Part shown: piece after piece, positions 37,622-51,599 of the stretch
Layout: every line of letters begins with the position of its first letter
Numbering within the stretch: position 1 is the first letter of the stretch
Source of the DNA: Ginglymostoma cirratum
Taxonomy: Eukaryota
Length of the DNA: 64,000 nt
Assembly: GCA_024137785.1 (NCBI GenBank)
Contig: JAHRHZ010000140.1
Coordinates: 28,535,542-28,599,541 of the forward strand
Direction: 5' to 3'
Made by a program: the position numbers and the translations under genes
The notes under the pieces: generated by a model
What the model saw: only the letters and a program-made list of their open reading frames with translations
Databases searched by the model: none
Told to the model about the DNA's origin: nothing

Positions 37622-38909
37622 CTGCAAAACAGGAACAGCGTGAAACAATTAAAAGCATAGCCCGATACAACACAGAGAACATAAACAGCTCATTGAATAC
37701 ATTGTAATGGGCAAATTCTGAATCACATGCACATAGAACGATTCAAGATTAAAATACCTTTCTTCCTGCAAATCTAAAATAATCAAGCAACCAATTTAAG
37801 TATTCTTTTCAACTGAGTGCATAAAAACATTGCAGGGATAGGAATTTTTCTTTGGAGTTGTACTAGCTTTTTGAACATGGGCAGAACATTGTGCATAGAG
37901 CTATTTGGCCAGCTTCACATGAATGCCAGATTTGTAAATTATTATAAGAAATGATTTTGAAATTTTCCATGTCTGAACTGATATTTAATAGGGTGGATGT
38001 ATTCATGATAGACAGTGCATTTCCATGATATGTCTCATTGTGTACAACTCTTCTGCTGTTACTCCTGAAGCGGCAAGCTACATTATGCTGCCCATAACCC
38101 CTAATGTTCTGCCACTCCATTTGAAATGCAAGTCATGCTGCACTGAATTTTACTAACCCACCCCGTGTTAGTATGGAGCTTGGACAGAGTTCACACCCAT
38201 CCTCCTCCCCTGACCAATTTTATGATAGGACAGGTAGCATGCTCAGCATTGCTCCACTTCTGGAGAACTGAACGGATTGAACAATGTAAGAGCCGTTTAC
38301 CACCTAACCCCAATGCCTGGACCCTCCTCAGGCCTCAGCTGGGAAGGGTGCAGAGTTGGGGTGGGGGTCCAATGTTTTAAGCTAATTAGAGAGACATTTA
38401 ATGAGTTGAAACAACATGGAATTTCATTACATTTTTGTGCCTAAATGCTGAAATATTAGGTAAGTATTGAGGCACGTGTGAACACAGATGGTGCAGAGTC
38501 TGACACTCCCTTTTGCCAGCAGTAATGATTTGCATCATTTACTCTATATATTGAGTTGTGGTGGTAAGAATTTCAAATATAGTTACAGAACTGAGACCGT
38601 TGTGAAGGTTTATGTCATCACTGCATTTCAGCTGGTTACTGCATGTAATCCAGTCAGAAATATATCAAAACACATCTCATAGCTGGGACTTACTTATAGC
38701 AATAAGGGCCTCTCCTACTTTCATCCTGGCACAAACAGAACCTACGAATCGCTTCTGTAGGGAAGGCCCAATGCATGTAACCCAACTGGCTAGCATCAGG
38801 CCTTTCACACAATTAAGATGCCAGTGGGGCAGCAATCACATCCAATCTGCAGGGTGATGGCTGCTGCCTGTAATGCCCAGTGACCCAGCCCAAGGATTGC
38901 CACTAAGAA

Positions 38910-39232
38910 ACTTTTCCCCATGGCAGATGTGTCTAAGATCAGAGGGTATAAGCTTAAGGTGAGGAGTAAATGGTTTCGAAGAGATTTGAGAAATTTTTGT
39001 TGCACTCACAGGATGGTAGAAATATGGAATGTGCTGCCAATGAGGATGGTGAAGGCAGGCACTCTCACAACATTCAAGAAGCATCTGGATGAGCACTTAA
39101 AATGCCAGGGCATAGTGGTCTATGGATTAAGTGCAGGTAAATGGGATTAGAGTAGTATGGTATTTGTTGGTTGGCACAGACATGGTGGGCTAAAAGGCCT
39201 GTTTCTATGCTGCATGGCCCTGTGACTCTATG
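38910..39232 (+). mobile_element. CR1 LINE 3' end
   Basis: RGYKLKVR..FRRDLRNF..THRMVEIWNVLP...FKKHLDEH plus the CR1 tail. Confidence 0.85.
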
Positions 39233-39261
39233 GATCCCTGGACCTAGGTAAGCAGTACAGG

Positions 39262-39365
39262 ACGGGATTGGGAATGCTATGGGATGGGGCTGGCGATGGG
39301 ATGGAGAATGGTATGGGCTGGAGAATGGTTTGGAATGGGGCAGGTGTGGGATGGGGCTATGGGAA
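39262..39365 (+). repeat. Degenerate G-rich simple repeat (TGGGA/TGGGGC)
   Basis: Repeated atggg, gatgg and ggggct units. Confidence 0.6.
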
Positions 39366-41634
39366 GGACAATATCAGTGAAGGGTTGTAGCGAGTTAGAG
39401 GCAAAGGTCAGGAGTCGGTTTTCAGCAATATCTCCTTTCTCAATGCCATCAATCTGGCACTAAGTGTCTGCAAATGAGGGATTCCTCTTCCTACCAGGCT
39501 GCAGGCAAATCTGACAGTCTTTTAGGCCCACTAAATTCCAGTGGGTTCACACAGACAGCTGTTGGTATTGGATCATTCATAAGCCTAACTCATCACCAGC
39601 AAGCAGGATTCCCATGTTGGGCCCTTCCTGCAAGCAAGTTAATTGTGGACAATTCTCCTGATGTGAGGAATTGGAAGTGGTTAGAGTGCCCTGATTTTCC
39701 CCGCAACTCTGCCATCGTGACTACTCTGGTAGGGTCAAATAAATTCAATTGCACATACTAATTTTAATTATCTTAAACATTTCCCAGCACATGTGCTGGA
39801 AGCAGACAGCATCCTTGCAGGGTTTGTAACGAAAGCCCTTTACAACAAGACATTTTCATGTCATAAAATCTTACGGCTTAAATTTAAAAATCAGGAGACA
39901 TTACAGTTTATGTTTGTTTACTGTTCACATAATTCATCATCGTTGTTAGTTCACTCCCAAGACCAGGGGTGAGAGCAATGAAAAGATCAGTAACTACACT
40001 TGTGTGTTAAATAAACTACATGGATTGGCCTGGACGAGCTCATCAATTACTGAATGCGGATAACTCATCCTTAGAATATGGATGAACCTCTTGTTTAATG
40101 TTGTGATGCTTCTGTACAGACTGACTGGTAGATAATGGGGATACAATTTGCTGTAATGTAAATAGATTTCAGAAAGTGTTCAATAGAGTGTATGACAGAC
40201 AGTTTAATGCACAAAATTCAGGCACATGTAGGAATGTAAATAGCAATTTGATCAATAGATCAGTAAACAATGAGTTAAGGATTTGTGCATGTATTGGAGA
40301 AGCGTTACAAATATTTTAATGCAAAGACAATGGATACTCACCTTTACTTTTCACTGCTTATGGATCATATGCCATAAATACGATTAGAAAATTTGTTTAC
40401 AATACCAAAGAGACTTGGGCAAACAGCAAGGAAAAGAGCAAAATATACTTCATGATGGCACGTACAGGTGGCAGAATAAGTAACTAACTGGTGGATGCAA
40501 TATATTATTGAGAAGTATGACACAATGGTAATGACTTTCCTTGAGTTTTTCACCATATGCTGTGCAGGAATAGCACAGAAAGCTATTTCGTGAGAAAATT
40601 TGTTGAGCTTGTTTATAGACAATTTTTCCTTGTAAAACGGGTCTCTTGAGCTTGCTCATGGCTTTTGAGCCTTGCTGCAATCAACTCGATGAGTCCCGCT
40701 GGCTTAATTTGCTTGTGTCAGAGACAGACTGAACCAGCTCCGAGTTTCCTGACTTCGCACTACTCTTGTACTGTGCGCAATTTAGACTTAAGACACAGGA
40801 GGCACAAGAGCTCCTGGGATTATCTGATCAGGATGGGAAATTTTTTATGGTGATTTTTGCGGCTTGAAAATGCTTTTTCATATGATACTAAGATAGTGCG
40901 GCACTGAAAAAGCCCAATCAATCCATCAAATCTGCACTGGCTCTTTGAAGTACCAATTCAGTTAATCCCTTGCCATTGCTCTTTCCCAAAAACCGATAAC
41001 ACCAATAACATTTTGTTTCCAAGTACGTACTCAATTTTGCTTTGAAGGCTGTTATTGAATCAGTACCCATCATTAGGCAGGGTTAATAATAAAAAATATA
41101 GTAAGAAAGCTTTTCCTTTTATTGCCTCTAATTCTACTGTCAATTATTGGACAATTATGCTGTGTGGCTACCTAACTGTTAGTTATGAAAAAAGCAACTA
41201 AAGGAACGTGCTGTTAGACTCAATCAGCCATTCATTGGGATGTACAATCTATGTACCTGGTGTCAGACCAAAACTGAATTTCAGTCCATAAAGATCTTCA
41301 GCTGACCACACAATTGAGCAACATTGTGAATAAAAACGTTCGCTCAATAATAAGCAGAGTGCAGACCATCATAAATGAGCTCACACTTGCTAATCCCAAA
41401 ATATAATGTTTACCAGTTCCATGATTAGACAGTACTTACTGAATGAACAGGAGTGTGTTAATAGCTGTATCAACAAACAATTTAAGAAAATTAGTCAAAC
41501 TCATCATGTGACTCAGTTATGCTTGTTGGAATATATATTCGTATGCAGGGACTCATTCTTCGTTAAAAGAAATATATTCAAACATTGAACTTTTAAAAAA
41601 ATTATCTGGGAGCTTGGGGAGCCTACAGTTTCTC

Positions 41635-41800
41635 TGCCAATTTATCCTTGGCAGTGCCTTGGCCAATCAAAGCTGACTTGCCAATGCATCAGCACCCTTT
41701 TCTCCTGTAGTGTTGTTCATTTGAAATTTAGCCTTCTTGTGTTTGTCCTGATAAGTGCAAAACAAAAAGCTTTGGCTACATGTACTTCTTTTACACAATA
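41635..41800 (+). mobile_element. Penelope-like terminal repeat (family C) with decayed hammerhead motif
   Basis: ggcagtgccttggccaatca...tcagcacc...gtcCTGATAAGTGCAAAACAAAAAGCTTT, homologous to 25700-25850 (inverted) and 26500-26600/28048-28105. Confidence 0.6.
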
Positions 41801-42554
41801 CATTGATACAGGGAGATGAAGTAGGGTAAAAAGAGGTTTATATGAAGCATAAACACCAGCAATAATATTTTGCGCAGGGCAGCCTGTTCTAGTTCATGAA
41901 ATGTTTTTAATTATTTGCAATGTTATTAAGATTTGTCACTTGAGCAAGTATTGAGTGAAGTGATGAGTCTACTGGCACCAGCACTGAGAAAAGAAGAAAA
42001 GACAGCTATGAACAGTGCTTGTCCTGTTGAGAATGCACAACTCTTTCCAACACAATGCTGCAGTCCTGGTGTGAGGGAGATGAAAGCCAATGCCAGTTGT
42101 TATGAAAATGTGTTATAATATTGCTTGGAAGACTATTGTTTTGAAGAATTGTGGAAAATGGATTTATTTCAAGTCCTACAGAAATACCAGTAAGTGTTTA
42201 TTTTTAAAAAAGAATTCATAGAAAGTTCACTGTGGACATCAGAGATTTTGTTTTAAACAAGGTTTCTCAGAAATCACATGACTGCTAATAATGATTTTGC
42301 TATTGATCCTGCTGGAATTTTTTTCAACGGTGACTGACTTGAAGACATGTTTGTTTTATCTGGTTTAATTGGCGGAAATCCTGACTTGAACAAGTTGATT
42401 TGAAGAAAAGCTTACGAAGAACAAGCTGCTCAGCTGAATGCTCCCATTTTTGAAATAAAACCCTTTACATCAGCTCAGGGTGAAACTCAGTCATTCTTTA
42501 GAAAATGTGATTGAATAAACAATTAAACTGTGTATCTCATGAGCAAGCTATGTT

Positions 42555-43435
42555 TACAAGTTTACAGAGAGATATTCATAGGTAAGTAAGTAGGCAAAAT
42601 GTTGGCAAATGAGTACAATGTGGGGAAATATAAAGTTGTTCAATTTAGAAGGGTGAACAAGTGAACAGCATTACTTAAATGGGGGAAAACCTACAGAAAC
42701 TGCAACATAAATGGACTTGGGATACTTGTGCACGAAACAAAGGAAGCGAGTACATAAGTGCAGCAGGTAATCAGGAAGGCTAATGGGATGTTGGGCCTTA
42801 TTTCAAGGGGCTTAGAGTAAACAGCCAAGGAAGACCTACTGCAAATATACAAGGTGCTGGTGAGATCACATCTGGAGTACTGTGAGCAGTTTTGGTCCCC
42901 TTATTTATGCAAAAACATGTCATCTGGGGTGTTTCAGAGCAGATTCACTGGGATGATCTCTAGCATGGAGGGCTTGTTTTACTGGCAAAGGATAAACAGT
43001 TTGGGACTCTATTCACTTGAATTTAGAAGAATGAGAGGTGATTTCACTGAAGTATATAGGATTCTTAAGAGGTTTAACAGGGTAAATGCTGAGAGCACAT
43101 TTCCCCTGATGGGAGACGAAGGGTCAGAGGTATAGTCTCAGAATGAAGGGGAGTCAACTTCAGATTGAGATGCACAGGAATATCTTCTGTCAGAGGGTTG
43201 AGAGTCTTTAGAACTACTGGCCACAGAGAACTTTCAGAGGCAAAGTCCTTGTGTATATTTAAGGCTGAGATAGAAAGAATCTTGATCAGTAGGGGAATCA
43301 AGCGTTAGGGGGAAAGGGCAGGAAAGTAGACATGAGGAATGTCAGATCAGACATTATTCTTTGAATGGCAGAACAGGCTCGAGGGGCTGAATGGTCTACT
43401 CCTGTTCCTATTTATTATGGTCTTATGGTCTTACA
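42555..43435 (+). mobile_element. CR1 LINE 3' portion
   Basis: LVRSHLEYCEQFWSPY...LGLYSLEFRRMRGD plus the CR1 tail. Confidence 0.88.
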
Positions 43436-44789
43436 AGACTTCTGAGACAGTCATGCATGATTCATGATACATACCAAAACATGAAAGCTACAGACTCCAG
43501 ACTCTTCCGCCTTCAAGAATATCCTATTTTCCTGAAGAATGTTAGTGTGTTTTGGGGATATTTAGGGGAATAAAGATTTATCTTGTATATTATAGATTGT
43601 GCACATCAAGCAATTATTGCATCTTTATAAAATATGCTTTGTTTTGATAATGAACCAACAGCTGTGTTTATTAAGAAACCTGGTTGATAGGTGCCACTTT
43701 TTAGATTTGATATAGATAGGGTATTTAATTGGTCAGTTTGGTAACTGGAGAAAATTATTTAATGTTGTGGCCTACAGAATAGTGGGACTAGAATGTCAGT
43801 GCACTACTCCAGCCTCAGTCATAACTTAAAAGGGGTGGATCATCGTGGATACCTAACTAAGGATCATGAAATTGGAAACGGGTTACTAATAATCGGAAAA
43901 GGGCATAGGAAATACACCGGGTTTCTTGTGCATTATTATATCAAAGAAGGGGAGTCGGTAGTCCAGTTGATTAGATGGCTGGTTAGCAATGCCCACACTG
44001 ACTGAGGTCACCATGAAGATCCGAAATTCTTGACTTAGTACCTTAACTGAGGAGTGGTGACCTCAGGTCAAATTCACCACCTGTCATCTCTATTGAATGA
44101 GAAAGCAGCCCTATGGTCTTCTGGATCTATGGTGACTATGATATCAAATTGGCTTTGCAGTTGCTCAGTCATTTCTGACGGTGACAGATTGTCCCTTAAT
44201 TACTTACAAATTATCACCAAGGCAAGGCTAACTGAATTTTCTGGGAGGTATGGTTAGAATTAAAAGTAGAGGGCTAGGAGGTGACATATAGGAGGTAATA
44301 ACAAAATATTCTGAAAATGGAAGAACAGCAATGCAAACCAGATGGTGAGTCAATTGAATTAGCAATTATAAATGATGTAGCTTGAACATGAAAGAGAAAT
44401 GGAAATAAAAAAACTCAAATGATAAGCATTCTATAGAGCAAAAAAAGAGAAAGAGCACTTCAGAAAGACAAAATTGAAAAGGCAAGTACACTTCAACAGA
44501 AACAGAAGGCAAAAGAAACAAAATTCAAGAAGGTAGAGCTGGAATTTTTAAGCAAGGGAAAAGGACAGGGAGTGATTTTTAAAAATCAGTTTAGAAACTG
44601 GAATGTAAATAACAGAAGCTCTGACTCTTGAGGAATGTTCCAATGAGGAAAGACCTCTGTCTGGTCCAAGGTCCAGTGAGAACTGTGTGAATTTGCTCAA
44701 GCCCTTCCAAAATTGGGTAAAAGGCAGGCAGTGGATGTTTTATAAAATGTGCCACATACGCTATATGATGGGAAACAACAATGTTTTTG

Positions 44790-45470
44790 ATTTGATTTAT
44801 TATTGTCACGTGTTCCAAGGTACAGTGAAAAGATTTTTACTTGACAGGCATATCATACCGAACAAGTATAGTAGGGTAACAGAACACAGGATACAGTGTT
44901 ACAGCTGCTGAGAAAATGAAGAAAGATCAACATTAATATTTAAGAAGTCCATTCAAAAGTTTGAAAATGGCGGGGAAGAAGCTGTTCTTGTATCTGTATG
45001 CATGTGTGTTCAACCCTTTATATCTTCTGTCAGATGGAAGAGGGTGGAAGAGAGTATAACTGAGGTGGGAGGGGTCTTATTATGTTGGTTCCTTTCCCAA
45101 TGCAGCAGGAAGTATAGATGAAGTCAATGGAAGGAAGGTCTTTTTGCATGATGGACTGGGCTATGTTCACAACTCTCTGTAGTTTCTTACAGTCGTGGGA
45201 AGAGGATGCTGTACCATGCCATACCATGCTGTGATGCATTCAGATCGGATGCTTTCTATGGTGCATCTATAAAAATTTGTAGGAGTCTTCACGGACATAC
45301 TGAATTTCCTTAACCTCTTGAGGAAGCAAAAGAGTTGTTGTGCTTTCTTGACTGTCGTGTCAACATGGGTGGACCAGGACAACTTGTTGGTGGACGTCAC
45401 TCCTAGGAACTTGATGCTCTCGACCATCTCCACTTCAGCACCATTGATGCAGACAGGGGCGTGCTTCCCA
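44790..45470 (-). mobile_element. Rex1/Babar-like LINE 3' end
   Basis: Minus ORFs VESIKFLGV..LSWSTH..KKAQQ..FLKRLRKF..NFYRCTIESI..CITAWYG and KKLQRVVNIAQ. Confidence 0.85.
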
Positions 45471-48400
45471 GAGACTGACGAACCAACTGATAGCCAGCAT
45501 TTTTAACTGTGTGGTTTATGTTGATGATGTAATGGTGTAGAGTGGCATTTGGGAGAACCACTTGTAATTCCCTAAACAAAGATTCCAGTTCTTTCAATTG
45601 GCTGACTTGGATAGAAGCTTTCCAAAAATAATTTGAAAAGGCATGTGAAACCTGGAACAAGCATATAGTAGGACAAAGACGAGTGTTGCCAATAACAACA
45701 AAAGTGGAATTCCCTGCCCCTAAAGCAAAATGGGAAATGAGATTTTTGGGAACGTCTGGGTTTTATCATGAGGTTATACCAAATTTCAGCACTACAGCAG
45801 CTCTACTGATAGATTTGAGCTTGATGAATGCCAAAGGAGTGTAGTTAGTCAAATCCTTTTGAAGATGCTGAAAGTCTTTTTGATCAATTAACCCGAGTTA
45901 GCCTTACCAAGTTTCACCATGCCCTAACAATTGATGCTGATGATTTGAGACTGGATGCAGATCTATTACAAGAGCCATGGGTTGATCTTACAGAAGCCAG
46001 TCAGATGAATTTTTCAAAAGCTAATTCAACATCAAAAGAGCTACTCCTTGTTCAGAAAGTAACAGTGGGATTACTACTGGCACTTAAACATTTTGAAATA
46101 CATATCTGTCATGGCTACAGAAATATATTGATATATGCCGATCATAATAAATTAAAAAAAACAAAATGCCAGATTATTTTAATCAAGCCTGCTATTACAG
46201 CCTCATCTTTTAATGAATATTTCCCCCCTACAATGTGAACAATTTCATTGCCAATGTTTTGTCAAGGATGTAACCTTGTTTCAGTTGTCTAATTTTAAGG
46301 GACGCATATTTTTCCTTTTTGGATTATAAACTGGAATGGAAGTTTGACACTTGCATATAATTGAAATACAAGGATAGTGTTACATGTTAAAAAATCAAGA
46401 GGTGCACATTTTTAGCTGTGCAAGACTATGTCACTTTTGGAGCAGTAAGTGGTCACAAGTAGAATTATAGATTTGTCACAGTGCACAAAGAGGCCATTTG
46501 GTCCATCGTGTCCACACTGGCTCTTTGAATGAACAATTCACTTAGTGTCATTCCTCAGCTTTTTCCCTGTTGCACGGCACTTTCAGATAAACGGAAACAC
46601 AGAACTGAAATTGTGTACAAGTGAAATTTTAAAAATTGCTATGACATCAATTAAATCATTTAAGAGTGAAATGAAAGAGTCAAGGATTTTACCTCTCTTA
46701 CCTGCTTGTCCTGGAATGTTGCAAAAGATTACACAGATGTCCCCAAACAGTTTAGTTGCTTACAGCCATTTTATACTGGTGCTACCACCTCAGTTATAGA
46801 TATTTTCAAATCAGTGTGCTCAGACATGTTATTACACACCTCTGGAGCTTGAACTTGATCCTTCTGGTCCAGACATACAGACACTGACACTGTGCCACAA
46901 GAATCCTAGCACTTTGCTCATACACTGTCTCACTGAGTCCAGCTGTCATGCAAACCAATGACAAGAATCTTACTTGTGGGATCACTTTGAACCAATTTAT
47001 GAAATTGATAACAGTCAGTAAAGCTAGTTCATATAAAGCACTGTCTCAAAATTTGTAAGAGCTTCTGCCTATTCTTAACACTGGTTGGTTTAGGTTAAAT
47101 ATTGTGGAGTGCGGTTTCGTGACCCAAACATAAACAAGCAAATCAGCACACTTCCTCCAGATGCTGTGCTTTAGAAACAGTATAAACAAAGAAGCACACT
47201 GTTCCAGCAAAATTAGAAATGAATTCTAAAAGAGAGGAGATAATGTTGTTCTTGTGTTTATGATGTTATGAAAAGACAGAAGCCAGAGAAAATCATGCCC
47301 AACCATATACGTAAATGCATTCTCAATAATGAGCCAATCCGATTCCAGAGAATGGGCTTCCCTCTGGCCTTCAGCCAATAAACCAATTTGATATTAGAAA
47401 AATGACAAGGTTATATTGATTTTGATGCATCCAAAGTTTAATAATCTCACTATGTGTGCATTCTACCAATTGGCAAATCCACTTAGAGGAGTAGTATTTG
47501 TAGCAATAGCACTCTTAATGAATTTATGCTTGATATATTCCCCTCCCCTCCCAAAATAACTATTGCAATCGCAACTATTGTTGTCAAAACAGAGTATTAT
47601 TTATCAGTAGAAATCCTCTCTTCCATCATCTGTCTCTGTCATAACGCCAGTTGACTGTCATAATATTGTAAAACATTGCCACTTCCTGCCTCAGGACACA
47701 GATCATCACAAAAATATTCAGCAGCCGTAACGGCAGTGGTTAGTGCCAGTAATAGAAGATACAAACACCAATAATAAAGCTCCAAACGTTTAAGAAATGC
47801 TAAATGATATCAAGCTATTATAAAAAGGAACAATGATTTGGAGTGTGTCTTATGTTATGACACACTGTTGGTTCGGATGACTGGGGAACTCTTCAAGCAT
47901 AGTCTCTTGTGGCTTATGATGCTATCTGAATCTCTTGATTGAGTTTCATTCTTGTAACGCACTCCAGTGCTCCAAGATCATGATCAGGCCTTTCCTGTAA
48001 ACTGCTCAGTTTTCCTGTACTTTTTAAAGTGTCAAATGTGACCAGTTGTTAGTAAAACATACCAAGAAAATGCAATAATATAATAACCATTTCATGACAT
48101 TGAGGGGAACTACAATGTGTCGTATGTTAAATGTGTTCCAAAACACAATCAGCTGGTTATGTTCGTGCAGTTAGTATAATGCTCTGAGGTCCTCTTACCC
48201 GGCAAGGTATTAGACTACAGTCTAATAATTCTCTACAGTCTGGCAGGAAGACTAAGAATGCACTAATTGGTAAACGTGCCTGTTAGGGTGCTTCAGTTGC
48301 GGGACCATGGCTAAGTTCTTTGTATTGACATAATTCAAGAACAGCTGACTGCACTAGATGAACCAATGGGCTTGAGAAATTCGAAGCATTGTGATTTTCT

Positions 48401-48616
48401 ACCACTACCAGCAAAAATCTTGCAAACAAAATTAGGTCTAGAAATCAACAATCCAAAAATGAGACTGATAGAGTGAAAATTCATTCATTAGAAACTTACA
48501 CTCTTAATTTCGTCAACACATAGAGTGGGTTTGTTGGGTTCATCGTCTACTTTTTATGGGTGAAAAGAGCACACAATATGAAGAACTGCATGTCCCCTCT
48601 ATTAAATATCATTTTC

Positions 48617-48948
48617 CTAGAATTATAGAATCCCTACAGTGTGGAAGCAGGCCATTTGGCTTATTGAGTCCATGTCAACCCTCTGAAGAGCATCCCACTC
48701 ACACTCACCCGCTACCCTATCCCTGTAGCCCTGCATTTGCCATGGCTAATCCACCTAGCCTGCACCTCTCTGGACACTATGGGCAATTTAGCATAGCCAA
48801 TCCACCTAATGTGCACATCTTTGGAAACTGGAGCACCCGGAAGAAACCCACGCAGACATGGGGAGAATGTACAATCTCCACACAGACAGTCGTTCAAGGG
48901 TGGAATTGAACCTAGGTCCCCAGCGCTGTGAGGTTAACAGTGCCACCC
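48617..48948 (-). mobile_element. HE1-type V-SINE
   Basis: Minus strand: tRNA-like head with ggttcaattcc, V-domain tgtgtggag...ttctccccatgtctgcgtgggtttcttccgggtgctcc, gctaaattgccc, CR1-derived tail ccaaatggcctgcttcc. Confidence 0.88.
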
Positions 48949-49124
48949 AACAACTATCGCCTTTAAATTTAAATGAAACATCTGATAGATTCTTAAACTA
49001 GTCTTCTAGGACCACCAAACACCACACATAATACGATTGCATTAGTAACTGCTAAGCCTGCTTGTCATTCATTGTTCATTGATACAGGCTACTTGATGAA
49101 TAATATAGCCAGAAAATGCTGCTT

Positions 49125-49240
49125 ATATTCAGAAGATCAGGCACCTCCAGAAAGAGAAACACAGTTAATGTTAACCCTGTTTCTCTTACCACAGATGCTA
49201 ACTGGCCTGTTGAGTATTTCCAGCATTTTCTGTTTATACC
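49125..49240 (+). mobile_element. Penelope-like terminal-repeat fragment (family B-like, old)
   Basis: gttaaccctgtttctcttaccacagatgctaactggcctgttgagtatttccagcattttctg resembles 50800-50845 and 3410-3465. Confidence 0.5.
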
Positions 49241-50656
49241 TCTCATTTTCATTAACAACAATGACTGCCTTTCTGCCTCTCTTTAAGTGAGTAATCTGCT
49301 TATTTATAAACGTACATTATTCGTGACTTGTTACCATTGGGAAAACATGTTCATGTACATTAGGTTTATATGATAGATTTGCAATAAGAAATGCTAATTA
49401 TTATTCTTCATAGGAAGTACCTTGTACAAACGGTTAAAGGTTAGACATCCAATTATTTTCTGGATTAGATAAAGGGCTTTCCAATTTTCAAATACACTGT
49501 CAAGTTTTTGATGCTCCAATTAATTTGCATATGTATAAGAGCTTAGACACAAAATTATAATTGAAAGACTTGAAATAATTTAAAATGATAACATTTCAGC
49601 GGTTTCCATCATAAACATTAAAAGGTGTAAAAAGCTGACTGTAGCATCTGTCAGATGTTGCCTACAATCAAAATATTGTTACTCATTTAAGTTCATTTCT
49701 AATTATATTGAAGAGAGATGTGGCGTTTGGGATTGGAACAGAATGATAGAGATTGGGTTTATAGTGTTCTTATCTGGTTAATGTCTATTGCCAAAGGATT
49801 AAATTAGGATTGCTGCTTCTTAAATTATGTATTTATCATATTGGATTTAGTTCTAACAATCTAGTAAGGTTTACAACTTTGCATTAAAATATTTAATGCC
49901 ATTAGAGGTCTTCAACCACGAATTCAAGGAACACTACAGTGTCCTCAAATAAGAAATTTAGTGCAAAAAACTATTTCAATTTAAGTATCTATAGATGTTG
50001 TAATTTATGGCTTTCTGCATAGTTAGCATTGTAGGTGTTCTGTTGGGTCTGAAATAGGCTTCTGGCGATACATACATACTTCTGGTGTGTCTACAGGAAC
50101 TGTGTTGCACCAGTTGAAAGTCAGTATTTCCTCTAAGCTGCCTGGTTGCATAGCAACATGGATATTCCCTACACAAGCTGAAAACAAATAGATCTCTATA
50201 AATTACTGCACCTATGTGGCCATGCAAAAATATTTACAGGCTGTGCACATTTAAATAATTGGCAGTGTTAAACAAAAAAAAGTGAGAAGTTAGTTCTCAC
50301 ATCAAAGATTCTATACAAACGACTTACTCCAGCATGAGTGCTCTAATTTCTATCTGATTTGACCTTTAGCATGACAGGGAAAATGAGTTGAGCTTCATGA
50401 AGTCCTTGCCACCAAGATGCAGTGTGTAGCTGAAGAGAAGGGGGAGAAAGATGAGGTAACCAATTCAACATCTTTTAGGCTAGTGTGTCTGTGATCAGCT
50501 CAATTGACTGCTAAAAATGAACATAACTCCAACGTTCCACTCAACAATGGAACTGTCCCCTACTTTCTTTCTGTTATTAACTATCACGCATCCCTTTGGA
50601 CAAAACGTTGAAATGAAAGCTACTGGAAACAATGTCAACTCAACATGATCAATCAT

Positions 50657-50845
50657 GCAAAACCCGAAAGAACTGCAGATGCTGTAAATCAGGAACAAAA
50701 ACAAAGTTGCTGGGAAAGCTCAGCAGGTCTGGCAGCATCTGTGAAGGAAAAAACAGAGTTAACGCTTCGGATCCGGTGACCCTTCCCGTGCGTTCTCCTT
50801 CACAGATGCTGCCAGACCCGCTGAGCTTTTCCAGCAACTTTGTTT
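50657..50845. mobile_element. Penelope-like insertion (family B) with inverted arms and TSD-like flanks
   Basis: aaacaaagttgctgggaaagctcagcaggtctggcagcatctgtgaagga (about 50699-50748) is inverted at about 50796-50845. Flanks atgatcaatcatgc and acgatcaatcaagc. Minus strand carries a truncated hammerhead-like GGAAGGGTCACCGGATCCGAAGCGTTA. Confidence 0.75.
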
Positions 50846-51599
50846 ACGATCAATCAAGCCATCTACTTTAAAGTCAAATAATCGCTGACACACATTCACT
50901 GAGAGCCTTTTTTTTGTGCCTTTACCCTTTGATTATACTGATGCTGCTACACAGTACTACCACACTGGCTGTAGCAGAGCTGGTAGAAGTTTGCTGATTT
51001 TCACTGAGGAGACTGCAGACAACTTTGAAGAATAAACTCACATCGTTCTGGCCTCAATGCATCCATTCTACATGGGTGGCATTTTACCTTAACTGGCTCG
51101 CAGACAACAACAAATTCATTGATAGCATGGCAAGGTTGAAAGGAAGAAACTTTTATCCTGAGACAGGGCAATTAGTTCATCCTCCATACCAGTTACCACT
51201 AGGCCCCAAGGGCACTGTGTCAGCAATCCTTGTAATCTGTCGGAGGATGGATTACTGGACTCCTTTGAGCCCTTGCAAAACCTCTCTGGTCATTGGTGGC
51301 TACAGAAAATATGACAGCTGCCTGAATGTGCAAATGTGCTAAGGTATGGTAAACACATAGGTGTAAGTTATTAGTTATTGTTGCTAGAGCTTGATCGTAG
51401 TTGTATGAAGGAATGAATGGCTAATTGAGTAATGCAAGTCTAGTTGTTCAGTTATCATGAAATGGCATTTGAAGAAATATTCAGTAATCTTGACCATTGA
51501 TCGGAGGTCATTAATCGGAGGTCATTAGTGTCCTCATGCATACACAACTAGCAAAGACCCTCAATCTACTCTGCTTCCACTGCCTTTGCAGTGGACTGC

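Larger units (their letters stand above)
42098..46275 (+). mobile_element. Gypsy LTR retrotransposon remnant (Gmr1-like): LTR, gag start, RT, RNase H; nested CR1, SINE and Rex1
   Basis: Putative LTR TGTTATGA (42098) ... TCATAAC (43819-43825). RT YVDD at 45517-45528; EFPAPKAKWEMRFLGTSGFYHEVIPNFS; RNase H IDADD...LLQE, LLLALKHFE..IYADHN, NFIANVLSRM*. Confidence 0.75.

Noticed and set aside
39783-39800. 16-bp perfect palindrome CCAGCACATGTGCTGG
   Set aside because: Single isolated instance with no supporting context.
47330-47475. Cluster of CCAAT motifs as an internal promoter
   Set aside because: No CpG island or other promoter evidence; expected by chance in AT-rich DNA.
51499-51527. Short direct repeat ATCGGAGGTCATTA x2 containing AGGTCA half-sites
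   Set aside because: Most simply a slippage duplication; the 15-bp period is not a standard nuclear-receptor element spacing.
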